From positions 43,244 through 107,243 of the forward strand of contig JBGANF010000010.1 in the NCBI GenBank assembly GCA_044222475.1: DNA of 64,000 bases, read 5' to 3'. Of this stretch, positions 19,177 through 28,344 are shown one piece after another. Every line of letters starts with the position of its first letter. Within the stretch, counting starts at the first letter, position 1. The position numbers and the translations under genes are program-made. The stretch comes from Polyangiaceae bacterium. Lineage in GTDB: Bacteria; Myxococcota_A; Polyangia; Polyangiales; Polyangiaceae. Below the pieces are notes generated by a model, which was not told the DNA's origin, did not search any database, and saw nothing but the letters and a program-made list of their open reading frames with translations.

Positions 19177-19614
19177 ATGCGCGTGGGCCTGGTCTCGGTG
19201 CTCGTCGTGTCACTCGTCGCGTGCCGAGAGACGTCCGTCGCGAGCACGCCTGCACCGGATGCGTCGGCCTCGGCTTCGACGTCCGCCACCGCGACCGCGG
19301 CGTCCGTACCCGAGGCCGGACCGGCGCTCGATGCGTCGAGCGCGCTCGATGTCGCGCGAACCCGCGATGCAGCGAGCGCCCGCCCTGTCGCGACCGTCGA
19401 CTCGGGCGGGGCGGTCCAGGCGCCGACGCGATCGGCGGCTGGATTCGGCAAGCATGGCGACGTATGCGCCTACGGCGCGCGGTCGGGTCCACACCTGGAT
19501 GCTCCGCCTCCGTGTGGGCCGGGACTCTTCTGCTGCTATCCGTGCGGGATCGAAGGCTGCGATTCGGTCTGCCATACGGAGAGCGAGTGCAACGCGGACC
19601 GCACGCGTCCCTGA
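19177..19614 (+). CDS. Hypothetical lipoprotein with C-terminal Cys-rich domain
   Basis: Lipobox LVAC; Ala/Ser linker; CGPGLFCCYPCGIEGCDSVC motif. Confidence 0.65.
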   Translation: MRVGLVSVLVVSLVACRETSVASTPAPDASASASTSATATAASVPEAGPALDASSALDVARTRDAASARPVATVDSGGAVQAPTRSAAGFGKHGDVCAYGARSGPHLDAPPPCGPGLFCCYPCGIEGCDSVCHTESECNADRTRP

Positions 19615-19679
19615 GACGACCGGCTCGACCGAGAAGTGGTCCACTTCCGCGCGTTCGCGTTAGAACGGCGACGATACTC

Positions 19680-20414
19680 ATGTGCCGCCTCCTCGGCATC
19701 GTCGCGTCCCAGCCGGTCGACTTCGGCGCTCTACTCGCCGCGCGGCCACGGTCCCTCGCCGCGCTCGGGGAGGAGCACAAGGACGGGTGGGGCCTCGCCT
19801 CGTTCGCGCGCGGCCGGTGGCAGGTTCACAAGGGGACGCGCGCCGCGTCGCGTGATGCACGCTTCCACCAGCGCGCGCTCGCGCTGCGCGGAGAGCTCCT
19901 CGTCTCCCACGTTCGCAAGCGCACCGTCGGTGCCACCCGGATCGCCAACTCGCACCCGTTCGCGTCCGATGGCTGGGTCTTCGCCCACAACGGGACCATC
20001 GAAGATCGGTCCTGGGTCGCGTCGCAGGTTTCGCCGACGCGCGCAGCCGGGATCCGCGGCGACACCGACAGCGAGCTCTTCTTCGCGTGGGTGCTCACCA
20101 GGCTCGACGCGGTAGGCGTCGCCGATCGCCCGGCGACACGCGAGACCGATGCGGTGGTGGCCGATCTCGCCGCGGAGTGCCGCGAGCGACCGCAGTTCGG
20201 CTCGCTCAACTTCCTCTTGAGCAACGGAGCGAGCTGCTACGTCCACCGCTTCGGGCGCAGCCTCTTTCTCCTCGAGCGCGGCGGACGCGAACGAAAGCCC
20301 GCCGTGTTCGTCGCTTCGGAGCGAATGACCGACGAGAGATGGTCGGAAGTCGAAGACAAGAAGCTCATCCGCATCGACGGCGGCAAGGCCCCCCGCGCGA
20401 CGCGGATTGGTTGA
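19680..20414 (+). CDS. Class II glutamine amidotransferase (YafJ/EgtC-like Ntn hydrolase)
   Basis: N-terminal MCRLLG; DGWG, HVRKRT, NSHPF, FAHNGTI and GDTDSE motifs. Confidence 0.88.
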   Translation: MCRLLGIVASQPVDFGALLAARPRSLAALGEEHKDGWGLASFARGRWQVHKGTRAASRDARFHQRALALRGELLVSHVRKRTVGATRIANSHPFASDGWVFAHNGTIEDRSWVASQVSPTRAAGIRGDTDSELFFAWVLTRLDAVGVADRPATRETDAVVADLAAECRERPQFGSLNFLLSNGASCYVHRFGRSLFLLERGGRERKPAVFVASERMTDERWSEVEDKKLIRIDGGKAPRATRIG

Positions 20415-20459
20415 GCACGTCGCACTGAAGCTCCGGGGCGCCCTGTTGACCGACGCGCG

Positions 20460-21089
20460 TTGCTGGCCGATGCTTCGCCCGTGCTCCCTTCGCTCGAAAA
20501 AGCCGAGACCGACGGCCGGCGCGCACGCGCCGTCCGAACCCGAGGGGCGATCGTCGGCGCGCTCCTCGACCTCGTGCGCGAGGGAAACCTGGCGCCCACC
20601 GCGAAGGAGATCGCCGTTCGCGCCGGAGTGGCCATTCGTTCGATCGGTCAGCACTTCCCTTCGCGAGAGAAGCTGTTCTTCGCCGCCGCCGCGGAGCACG
20701 CGCGTCGTTCGGCCGGCGTCGCCAAGAAGCCGCCGTCGATCGGGCGCATCGAAGAGCGCATCGAGCGCTTCGTCGACGCGCGCGCCACCGAGCTCGAAGA
20801 GACGAGCGCGCTCCGCCGCGCCGCCAGCGTCATCACCCGTTCGCCGACCGTGGCGAAGGCGATGGCGCGCGCCGCCGAGGAGCGGCGAAAGGCGGTCGCC
20901 GCCGTCTTCGCCGCCGAGATCAAGGACGACGCCGTCACCCTCGACGCGCTCGAGATCGCGACCGGCGGTCGCGCATGGGATCAGATGCGCGTCGAGATGA
21001 AGCTCTCGCTCGCGCAGGCGAAGCGTGTGATGGCGCGCGCCGTCACCGCGCTGCTTTCGGCTTCTCCCACCGCTGCAGCTCGGCGGTGA
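20460..21089 (+). CDS. TetR/AcrR-family regulator
   Basis: DGRRARAVRTRGAIV...PTAKEIAVRAGVAIRSIGQHF HTH. Confidence 0.85.
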   Translation: MLADASPVLPSLEKAETDGRRARAVRTRGAIVGALLDLVREGNLAPTAKEIAVRAGVAIRSIGQHFPSREKLFFAAAAEHARRSAGVAKKPPSIGRIEERIERFVDARATELEETSALRRAASVITRSPTVAKAMARAAEERRKAVAAVFAAEIKDDAVTLDALEIATGGRAWDQMRVEMKLSLAQAKRVMARAVTALLSASPTAAARR

Positions 21090-22596
21090 AACCGCCCATG
21101 TCGACGAGCTGACGGAAGACGCGCTTCATCCGGAACGACTTCAACGCCGCGTCGGTCACCTTGGCGCGCGGCGTGAGCCACACGAGCCGTCCTCCGGGAG
21201 CGAGCACCTGGACTGCGTGAGCGAGGAAGCCGCCGAGGAGCTCGTCGAGCGAGCTCGTTCCCTGAACGCGCCTTCCCATCGGAGGGTTCGTGAGGACGAG
21301 CGTGGGTGGCTCCGGCGGGACCCACTTGCGGGCGTCCTTCTTCTCCAGGGAAAACCGCGCGACGCCGGCCGACTCGAGGTTCTTCCGCGCGGCCGCGAGC
21401 GCGCCTTCCTCGATGTCGGTCCCGTGGAGCGCGCGGTAGCTCCCGAAGCGCGCGCGCTCGACGAGCTCGAGCCCCGAGCCCACGAACGGGTCCCACACGA
21501 CGTCGTTCGGCTCGGCCGCGCTGACGAGCGCGAGCGCGGCGGCGATCGTCGGGTGCGACGCTGCCGGGACGTCGGCTACGCGGTACGCGAAGCGCGCGTC
21601 GTCGAGCTTCTTCGCGACGGCGACGAGCGAGAGCTTCGGTGGAGCATCGACCACCTCGATCTCCCATGGGCTCTCCTTCGGATCGTTGCGCAGCCACGCT
21701 TCGTCCGCGAGGAGCTCGGCGACGCGAAACACCACCGCGCGACGATGACCGGCATCACGAAAGCCGAGGCGGAATCGGAAGCGCCCGCCGGTCCACGGCA
21801 AGAGGACGTCCTTCGCGTCGCGGATGCGGCTCGCGATCGCTTCGGCGACGTCGCCTTCGTACGTGCCTTCGGCGATGGGGATCGTGATCGACGTCCAGAG
21901 GCGGGACGCCTGGAGCTCGTCCGCGCCTCGACGCAGCGGAGCCCGCACCATGCCGGCCCCCGGGCTGAACGCCCGCTCGCCGAGCTCGGTGCGAAGGAGA
22001 TCCTCGAGACCTTCGCGGCAGCGAAGGACGACCGTCGCCTGATGGGGGACGACGATGCGATCGACGTCGCCGGCGCCGCGATCGAGCGTGCGCTCCAGCA
22101 TGAGCCGCGCGCGGGCGCGCATCGTCTTCGTGAGCGCCTCTTCGTCGCCCCCGAGCGCGGCGAGCGCGGCCCTGCTCTTCTCGCCACCCACTCGGCCGAG
22201 CGCTTCGACGATCGCGCGCTTCACCTCGGGCCGCGACTCGCGCGCGAGCGCCTCGAGGAGCGGATCCTCGATCTGTGCATTCTGCAACTTTCCGAGAGCG
22301 CGCGCGGCGGACTTCCTGGACTGCGGGTCGTCGCTCGCGAGCTCGGCCGCGAGCGGAGGGACCGCGCTCGGATCGCGCTTCGCGATCCGGCCGAGCAGAG
22401 CGACGAAGCGGTGGCGCGTCTTGCCTGCGCCGAGCGCGCCGAGGACCGCGGCGGCCGGCGCCACGCCCTCGAGGGCGCGCACGATCGCCTCGGCATCGTC
22501 ATCGTTGGTTTCGCGGAGTGCCTCGAGGAGCGGCTTCACGTCCTTCCGGCCGGGCGTCCAGCCTGGATCCCGCAACTTGCGAAGCACGTCGCTCAT
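21043..22596 (-). CDS. HEAT-repeat + SAM-dependent RNA methyltransferase (UPF0020 / RlmL / Trm14-like) fusion
   Basis: HEAT repeats (RKSAARALGKL, KRAIVEALGRVGG); C-terminal WDPFVGSG, GTDI, DA and TNPPMG motifs. Confidence 0.75.
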   Translation of the reverse strand: MSDVLRKLRDPGWTPGRKDVKPLLEALRETNDDDAEAIVRALEGVAPAAAVLGALGAGKTRHRFVALLGRIAKRDPSAVPPLAAELASDDPQSRKSAARALGKLQNAQIEDPLLEALARESRPEVKRAIVEALGRVGGEKSRAALAALGGDEEALTKTMRARARLMLERTLDRGAGDVDRIVVPHQATVVLRCREGLEDLLRTELGERAFSPGAGMVRAPLRRGADELQASRLWTSITIPIAEGTYEGDVAEAIASRIRDAKDVLLPWTGGRFRFRLGFRDAGHRRAVVFRVAELLADEAWLRNDPKESPWEIEVVDAPPKLSLVAVAKKLDDARFAYRVADVPAASHPTIAAALALVSAAEPNDVVWDPFVGSGLELVERARFGSYRALHGTDIEEGALAAARKNLESAGVARFSLEKKDARKWVPPEPPTLVLTNPPMGRRVQGTSSLDELLGGFLAHAVQVLAPGGRLVWLTPRAKVTDAALKSFRMKRVFRQLVDMGGFTAELQRWEKPKAAR

Positions 22597-22664
22597 CGGA
22601 CGTGAAGTAGCACACGACCGTAACCGACAGGTCCCCTCGCGCGTAGACTCTGGGAAAGGCGCAC

Positions 22665-23399
22665 ATGCCCCCGAAAGACGTAGCCCCCAGCGTGGCCGAC
22701 ATCCCCCGCCCGCGCATGACCGACCGCCGCACGTTCATGCGGCTCTTCACCGCCGGCACCGTGCTCGCCGCGGTGGGTGGGGGACTGTACGTCGTCGTCC
22801 CCGACCAGAAGACACGCGAGGCGCGAAAGCTCAGGCTCGCCGACGGCCGCCCGCGCCTTCCGCCGGGGCAACACCTCATCGAGCGCATCAAGCCGATGGG
22901 CGGACAAGAAGGCGACCCGAGCCCGACCGCGTTTCGGCTGAAGGTCCACGGCGAGGTCGACGCTCCGTTCGAGCTCGACATGGCGGGTCTCCTGGCGATG
23001 CCGCAGGTGAACCAGACCTGCGACATCCACTGCGTGACGAAGTGGACGCTCTTCGACAGCCACTGGACCGGAGTGAAGGTCGCCGACCTCGCCGCGAAGG
23101 CGAAGCTCAAGTCGACGGCGCGCTACGCGATCTTCGAGGCCGCGTTCGGCTACACCGCAAACATCCCGCTCCGCGAGGCGCTCAAGCCCAACGTGCTGGT
23201 CGCGCACAAGTACGAAGGCCAACCGCTGCCGCGCGCGCACGGCGCTCCGGTGCGCTCGCTCGTGCCCGACTCGTACTTCTGGAAGAGCGCGAAGTGGCTC
23301 ACCGGGATCCGCTTCACGTCCACCGATCAGCCCGGCTACTGGGAGACGCGCGGCTACAACAACCACGCCGACCCGTGGCTCGAAGAGCGGTATTCGTAG
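22665..23399 (+). CDS. Molybdopterin-dependent oxidoreductase (sulfite oxidase / MsrP-like), probably Tat-exported
   Basis: DRRTFM twin-Arg; DIHCVTKW (Mo-ligand Cys), HGAPVR, YFWKSAKW and GYWETRGY motifs. Confidence 0.88.
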   Translation: MPPKDVAPSVADIPRPRMTDRRTFMRLFTAGTVLAAVGGGLYVVVPDQKTREARKLRLADGRPRLPPGQHLIERIKPMGGQEGDPSPTAFRLKVHGEVDAPFELDMAGLLAMPQVNQTCDIHCVTKWTLFDSHWTGVKVADLAAKAKLKSTARYAIFEAAFGYTANIPLREALKPNVLVAHKYEGQPLPRAHGAPVRSLVPDSYFWKSAKWLTGIRFTSTDQPGYWETRGYNNHADPWLEERYS

Positions 23400-23404
23400 T
23401 CGCC

Positions 23405-23974
23405 ATGAGCGACGTCTCGTTCGGCGCGGCCCGCCGCTGGCTCCGCGCGATCCACCGTGACCTCGGCTACCTCGCGGTGGGGCTCACCGTCGTCTACGCG
23501 CTGAGCGGTCTCGCGGTGAACCACATCGCCGACTGGGATCCGAACTTCCAGAACACCGAGCGCACGCACGAGCTCGGCGCGTTCAGCCCCGGCAAGACCG
23601 ACGACGAGCTCGCCGCCGAGGTCGCGCAGAAGCTCGCCATCGATGGTCGTCCCAAAGAGGTATACCGCCTCGGTGACGACGCGCTCGAGGTGCTCTACGA
23701 GCACCGGACGCTGCACGTGAACACGCAGACCGGCCACGTCGTCGAGGAAGAGCAGAAGCCGCGCTTCCTGATCCGAGTCGCGAATTTCCTCCACCTGAAC
23801 CGCGGCAAGAAGGCGTGGACCTACTTCGCCGACGGATACGCCGCGGGGCTGCTCTTCCTGGCCATCTCCGGCTTGTTCATGATCCCGGGGAAGAAAGGCC
23901 TGCTCGGGCGAGGCGCGGTGTTCCTCGCCATCGGCGTCGCCATCCCGGTCCTCTACGTGACGCTGAGCAAGTAG
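23405..23974 (+). CDS. PepSY-associated TM helix protein
   Basis: WLRAIHRDLGY, SGLAVNH, LHLNRG and SGLFM motifs; three TM helices. Confidence 0.8.
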   Translation: MSDVSFGAARRWLRAIHRDLGYLAVGLTVVYALSGLAVNHIADWDPNFQNTERTHELGAFSPGKTDDELAAEVAQKLAIDGRPKEVYRLGDDALEVLYEHRTLHVNTQTGHVVEEEQKPRFLIRVANFLHLNRGKKAWTYFADGYAAGLLFLAISGLFMIPGKKGLLGRGAVFLAIGVAIPVLYVTLSK

Positions 23975-23991
23975 CGACGTATCGTGGAGGG

Positions 23992-24489
23992 ATGAGCAGC
24001 CTTCGCTTCGCCGCGTTCGCGTTCGCCGCCGCCGTCGCCGGCACCAGCATCGTCATCGCGTGCTCGTCCGACGACACGACCTGCGCCGACTGCGGGCCGT
24101 GCGGGATCGCGGGGCCGCTCACCGAGGACGCGCTCACCATCACCGAGATGGGCGGCGGCACCAACGCGGAGCCGAACGTGCGGTTCGGCATCTCGGCGAA
24201 GGGCACGTGCCGCGCCGCGGCGGTCCCTCCCAAGTTCGAGGCGCGGCTCATCGTCCCGCCGGTCGTGACGCCCATCGCCGATCCCACCGCGCTCGCGCCG
24301 CTCAGCGGCACGAAGGAGACCGGAGGCACGCGCCTCGCGGACGGCAGCCTGCTCAAGTCGGAGATGGTGTCTCTCACCGTGATCCGCTTCCTCTACACCG
24401 GGGTCGCGAGCGGCCCCTCCGACGGGAGCACCTCGACGACGACGTTCACGTGCACGCTCGCCGCCGGCAACGTGACCTGCATCAAGTAG
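23992..24489 (+). CDS. Hypothetical lipoprotein
   Basis: Lipobox VIAC; paired Cys residues; preceded by TATCGT-N6. Confidence 0.6.
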   Translation: MSSLRFAAFAFAAAVAGTSIVIACSSDDTTCADCGPCGIAGPLTEDALTITEMGGGTNAEPNVRFGISAKGTCRAAAVPPKFEARLIVPPVVTPIADPTALAPLSGTKETGGTRLADGSLLKSEMVSLTVIRFLYTGVASGPSDGSTSTTTFTCTLAAGNVTCIK

Positions 24490-24495
24490 GAGTCG

Positions 24496-25038
24496 ATGGA
24501 CGAAGCCGTCTTTCGCATCCTCTACGGCGGTTCGTCCCCGAGCACCCCCGTCTTCTGGGTGATGATGGCGCTCACCGTCGTCGGCAGCGGATGGAGCATG
24601 ATCGCGTTCATCCCGTTCGCGATCGCGCGCCGCACCCGCCGCGTCGGGGCGTTCCTCCTCGCGACGCTCGTCACGACGTCGCTCGTGGTCTTCGTCGTGA
24701 AGCTCGCCGTGCAGCGGCCGCGGCCGCTGGTGGCGCTGAAGGGCGTCCACGCGCTGGCGTTCACGCCTCCGACCGATCCGTCGTTCCCGAGCGGCCACGC
24801 GGCGGGGGCCTTCGCGTTCGCGACCTTCGTCGCGACCGTCATCGCCACGAGTGACGCAGGGCGAAGGCAGAAGGTGCTCGCCGTGACGGCGCTGCTCTTC
24901 CTCGCGCTGGGGATCGGCTGCTCGCGCGTGTACCTCGGCGTCCACTTCCCGTCGGACGTGGGGGCGGGCGCGATCGTCGGTACCCTTTTGGGATACCTGG
25001 GAGCGCGCATCGCGTTGCGACGGGCTGCCCCGGACTGA
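24496..25038 (+). CDS. PAP2-family membrane phosphatase
   Basis: K-x6-RP, SFPSGH and SRVYLGVHFPSDV motifs. Confidence 0.92.
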   Translation: MDEAVFRILYGGSSPSTPVFWVMMALTVVGSGWSMIAFIPFAIARRTRRVGAFLLATLVTTSLVVFVVKLAVQRPRPLVALKGVHALAFTPPTDPSFPSGHAAGAFAFATFVATVIATSDAGRRQKVLAVTALLFLALGIGCSRVYLGVHFPSDVGAGAIVGTLLGYLGARIALRRAAPD

Positions 25039-25060
25039 AGTCTGATTCTTCGCGATTCAT

Positions 25061-25268
25061 GGCGCCCCGGACTGAAGTCCGGGGCAGCAACGGACTCGGT
25101 GCCATTCCCATCCAAAGCCCGCCCAAGAGGGCGGGCTCCCGTTGCTGGAAGCCCCCCGTTCATCTTCGGCGTACCAATGTGGGACTATTGGGAGTCCGCC
25201 CTCCCGGGCGGACTTTGGGTGGGTCCGCATTGGGTCCGCTGCTGCCCCGGACTTCAGTCCGGGGCGCC
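25061..25268. repeat. REP doublet / REPIN-like hairpin element
   Basis: GGCGCCCCGGACTGAAGTCCGGGGCAGCA (25061-25089) and its exact reverse complement (25240-25268); internal arms also pair; partial third copy at 25024-25042. Confidence 0.8.
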
Positions 25269-25276
25269 CAGCGGTC

Positions 25277-26467
25277 TCACAGCGCGATCGACGCGTGCGG
25301 GTTCGTCCCGAACGGGTTCGACCCCACCTTGGCCAGCGTCGCGAGGTAGGCCCACATGCCCTGCACGCTCGGCGTCGACGTCGCCAGGCTCACCGTACCG
25401 GTCTGCGTGCGGCCCGTGGTGCCGCGCTTCACGTTGCGACCGATCGCGGTGATCGAGAGGTTCGGCTGGTGGTCCGACCCCGGCAGGCTGCGGGCGAAGT
25501 CGCCGATGATCGCGAACGTCACGTTGCGGCCGGGATCCGCCACCATGCGGTTCAGGAACGTGTTCATCGCCGGCATGAGCGCGGTCATCTTGTTGCGCAC
25601 CGTCACGCCCTGCGTGTCGCCGTGCGTGTCCCAGCCGCCGTCGGTGAGCGTCACCACGTTGGCGCCGGCGAGGATCATGAGCTCGGCGGCGGCCATCTTC
25701 GACGCGAAGCTCGACACCGCGGTCGTCTGGCCGATGCCGTACGCGGTACGAAGCCCCGGTAGGTCGAGGGTCTTCACCGGCTGCTTGAGCGTGGCGATGG
25801 CGGCCGCGTAGCCGTCCTTCAACGAGTCGAGGGAGGCCGGGCTCGCGTTGAGCGCGTTCATCGACATCTCCTCGCCGCCCTCCATGCCGGCGAGCGCCAT
25901 GCCGCGATCGGGGACGCGCGGGTTCGGCGTGCCGCCGCCGAGCGCGTTGATCGTGGACTGCATGTCGAGGATGGTCTGGATGCTCGTGCCGTTCACCGAC
26001 GCCTTCGGCGCCTCGGCGACGGCGTTGCCGCCGACGTGCGCCATCTTGATCGCCGAGGTGCCGCCGATGGCGTTCGCGAGGACGATGCCGGCGTTCTGCC
26101 CGTTGTGCGTCCAGAGCGTTCCGCGCGCCGCCGGGTGGCTCGAGATGCCGTGCCTCACGCCGACCGTCGCGATGTGGTCCTTCGAGAACTGGCCCATCGA
26201 GTTGGCGAACACGTTGTCGAGGCCCACGCCGCCGAGCACCGTGTGGTTGCCGGCGGTCACGCCGAACTTGCCCACGAGCGAGTCGGCCGAGCCGAAGAGC
26301 GCGTTGTAACCACCGGTGAGGTGCAACACGACGAGCGACGCGGGCTCGCCTGCGGCTGCCGCCTCGGTCTCCCAGCTGCTCCCGGCGAAGCGAGTGCCGA
26401 TGGCCGCCCCGGCGATGCCTGCCAGCCCTTTGAGGAATCCACGACGCGTAAAATCGATCCGGCTCAT
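25277..26467 (-). CDS. DUF1501-family Tat-exported protein
   Basis: TRRGFLK twin-Arg; HLTGG, GWDTHG and GDFARS motifs. Confidence 0.8.
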   Translation of the reverse strand: MSRIDFTRRGFLKGLAGIAGAAIGTRFAGSSWETEAAAAGEPASLVVLHLTGGYNALFGSADSLVGKFGVTAGNHTVLGGVGLDNVFANSMGQFSKDHIATVGVRHGISSHPAARGTLWTHNGQNAGIVLANAIGGTSAIKMAHVGGNAVAEAPKASVNGTSIQTILDMQSTINALGGGTPNPRVPDRGMALAGMEGGEEMSMNALNASPASLDSLKDGYAAAIATLKQPVKTLDLPGLRTAYGIGQTTAVSSFASKMAAAELMILAGANVVTLTDGGWDTHGDTQGVTVRNKMTALMPAMNTFLNRMVADPGRNVTFAIIGDFARSLPGSDHQPNLSITAIGRNVKRGTTGRTQTGTVSLATSTPSVQGMWAYLATLAKVGSNPFGTNPHASIAL

Positions 26468-26483
26468 GGTCGTTCTCCGTGCG

Positions 26484-27161
26484 TCAGTAGGTGAGGAATC
26501 CGGCGGCGGTCATCACGCTCGCGCAGGCGTAGGCCCACTTGCGGCGCGGTTGGGGCTCGGCCGCGGTGCCCGTCGTCGCGACGTCGGCGCAGGCGGCGAC
26601 CTCTTGCGGCATCGGGGTGCGGCTCCAGAACTTGCGCTGCATCTCGGTGCAGATCTGCTGCGCGGACTGCTGCGTCGGCGCGACGCCGTACTTCGCGTCG
26701 TTCTGGGTGTACGTCAGACACCCGTCGAAGCTCACCGCGTACGCGGTCTGCAGCGCGACCGAGCTCGACTGCGGCTCTTCGTACCAGCGCGCCGGCGGCG
26801 ACCCGAAGGTGGCGGCGGACGCCTGAAGCGAGGCGGGGGTGTTGCCGAGCACGCGGGGGTACTCGCCGGTGAGCGCCGAGTAGGGCTTCACGCGCCCGTG
26901 ATCCGCGCCGGCGAGGACTGCCTTGCGGGACGCAGCCAGGTCCGCGCCACCCATGCCGACGTACTGGCGGCCACCGCACTTCTTCGGGTCCGGGGTCGGC
27001 GTGGTGGGCGTCGGCGCCGGAGGGTTGTTCGGATCGACCGGCATCACGCAGTCGGTTCCCGCGAGGCACTCCTGCGAGCCGCTGCAACCGAGCGAGCCGA
27101 TGGCGGTGGCGGACAGCGCCAGCGCAGCGAGGATGGAGACCGTTCCTAGATGGAGCTTCAT
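26484..27161 (-). CDS. Hypothetical lipoprotein (DUF1501 cluster partner)
   Basis: Lipobox SLGC; Pro/Thr linker; RRKWAYACASVMTAAGFLTY C-terminus. Confidence 0.7.
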   Translation of the reverse strand: MKLHLGTVSILAALALSATAIGSLGCSGSQECLAGTDCVMPVDPNNPPAPTPTTPTPDPKKCGGRQYVGMGGADLAASRKAVLAGADHGRVKPYSALTGEYPRVLGNTPASLQASAATFGSPPARWYEEPQSSSVALQTAYAVSFDGCLTYTQNDAKYGVAPTQQSAQQICTEMQRKFWSRTPMPQEVAACADVATTGTAAEPQPRRKWAYACASVMTAAGFLTY

Positions 27162-27175
27162 GATCCTGGCCTCCT

Positions 27176-28117
27176 TCACTGGCAGTAGGTGGCGTCCTTC
27201 GCGATCGCCGCGATGGCCGAGTGCATGGTTCCCTGCGCCTTGAATGCGTCGATGCACTTGTCGAAGACGTCGGCCTCGCACGTGTATTCGTCGCGCCCGT
27301 AGAGGAAGTTGAATGCGAGACGGCATGCGTTGAAGCGGAAGTTCTCCGTCTCGACGAGCGCCTGCACGAGCTCCCCGTCGTTCGCGATGGTCTTGCCGTC
27401 GAGGATCTGTTGGGGCCCTTCGGTCGGCGGCGTGAAGGTCATGTTGGCGCCGGTGCCCTTGCGGAAGCTCAGCACCTTGGCGACCTTGTCGAGCGCGTAC
27501 CAGCTCTCGTAGTGGCAGCCTTTGCAGGCGGACGCTTGGCGCCCGGTCGCGGAGAGGTCGAGTCCGTCGACCGCGGTCGTCGCGAGGAGCTGGAGGCCCG
27601 TCGTGTTCTGGAGGATCCGGTACGCGGCAGTGATGCGGTAGCCGCCGAGCTCGTTGCCGGCGTAGCGCCGCATCCACGCCGTGCTGCGGAAGTACCCGAG
27701 CCCGTTCGGATCGTCGGTGACGGCGGCGTCGACGTTGAACTTCCCGACGAACATGTCCTTCCACGGCCGCTTGTTCACCATCACGTACTTCGCGAGCGTG
27801 TACGACGCGTCCTCGGGCACGTTGGCGCCCGGGTCCGGATTGAACTCCGCGTTGATGAAGCGAGCGAACCGATCCTGGAAGTCGGCGTCGGCCAGCAACG
27901 CGTCGACCTGGTCCTGCGGGTTCGTCGCCGTCATGAGCTGCGACGACGGCGCCTTGCCGAGGAAGGCGATCGAGAGGCGCGTGGCGCACCGCTCCTTGAG
28001 CTCCGCCGGATCCGCGTTCTCGGCTTGCACCGGTCGCGCGAGGACGGCAGCAGCAGCGATGGGCACGGCGGCGAGCGGGATCGCCGCGCGGAGGATTCGC
28101 TTCCAGATCGGGTTCAT
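27176..28117 (-). CDS. Exported hypothetical protein with one CxxCH (c-type heme) motif
   Basis: GGAGG RBS; signal peptide; RLSIAFLGKAPS N-terminal motif; CKGCH. Confidence 0.7.
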   Translation of the reverse strand: MNPIWKRILRAAIPLAAVPIAAAAVLARPVQAENADPAELKERCATRLSIAFLGKAPSSQLMTATNPQDQVDALLADADFQDRFARFINAEFNPDPGANVPEDASYTLAKYVMVNKRPWKDMFVGKFNVDAAVTDDPNGLGYFRSTAWMRRYAGNELGGYRITAAYRILQNTTGLQLLATTAVDGLDLSATGRQASACKGCHYESWYALDKVAKVLSFRKGTGANMTFTPPTEGPQQILDGKTIANDGELVQALVETENFRFNACRLAFNFLYGRDEYTCEADVFDKCIDAFKAQGTMHSAIAAIAKDATYCQ

Positions 28118-28141
28118 GGTGCCTCCCACCACCTCCACGTT

Positions 28142-28157
28142 TGCAGCCGGCGTGCCG
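28142..28157 (-). promoter_or_regulatory. Putative sigma54 promoter of the 28117-25277 operon
   Basis: Minus strand CGGCACGCCGGCTGCA (GG-N10-GC) upstream of the GGAGG RBS. Confidence 0.55.
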
Positions 28158-28344
28158 CTCGCGGCGGGCCTTTGCCGATCCAGGGTCGCGCGCAAGCCGT
28201 GCGCCCAACCCCGCGATACGAAACGGGTGCGCGATGTAGGAGCATGAGCCCAAACGTGCGCCTCGCGGTCGTTTTCGCGAGGTTCGGGCGCACTCGCGAC
28301 CCACCTGCGGATCGTTTGCGAGCCACCGAAGCTACGATGGCGCC

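Noticed and set aside
1190..20414. Ergothioneine or beta-lactam pathway (Egt2/CefD-like PLP enzyme and EgtC-like amidotransferase)
   Set aside because: The genes are about 17 kb apart with no egtB/egtD or other pathway genes; both families are broad
25024..25268. Possible CRISPR mini-array
   Set aside because: The repeats are inverted rather than direct, there are no regular spacers and no cas genes
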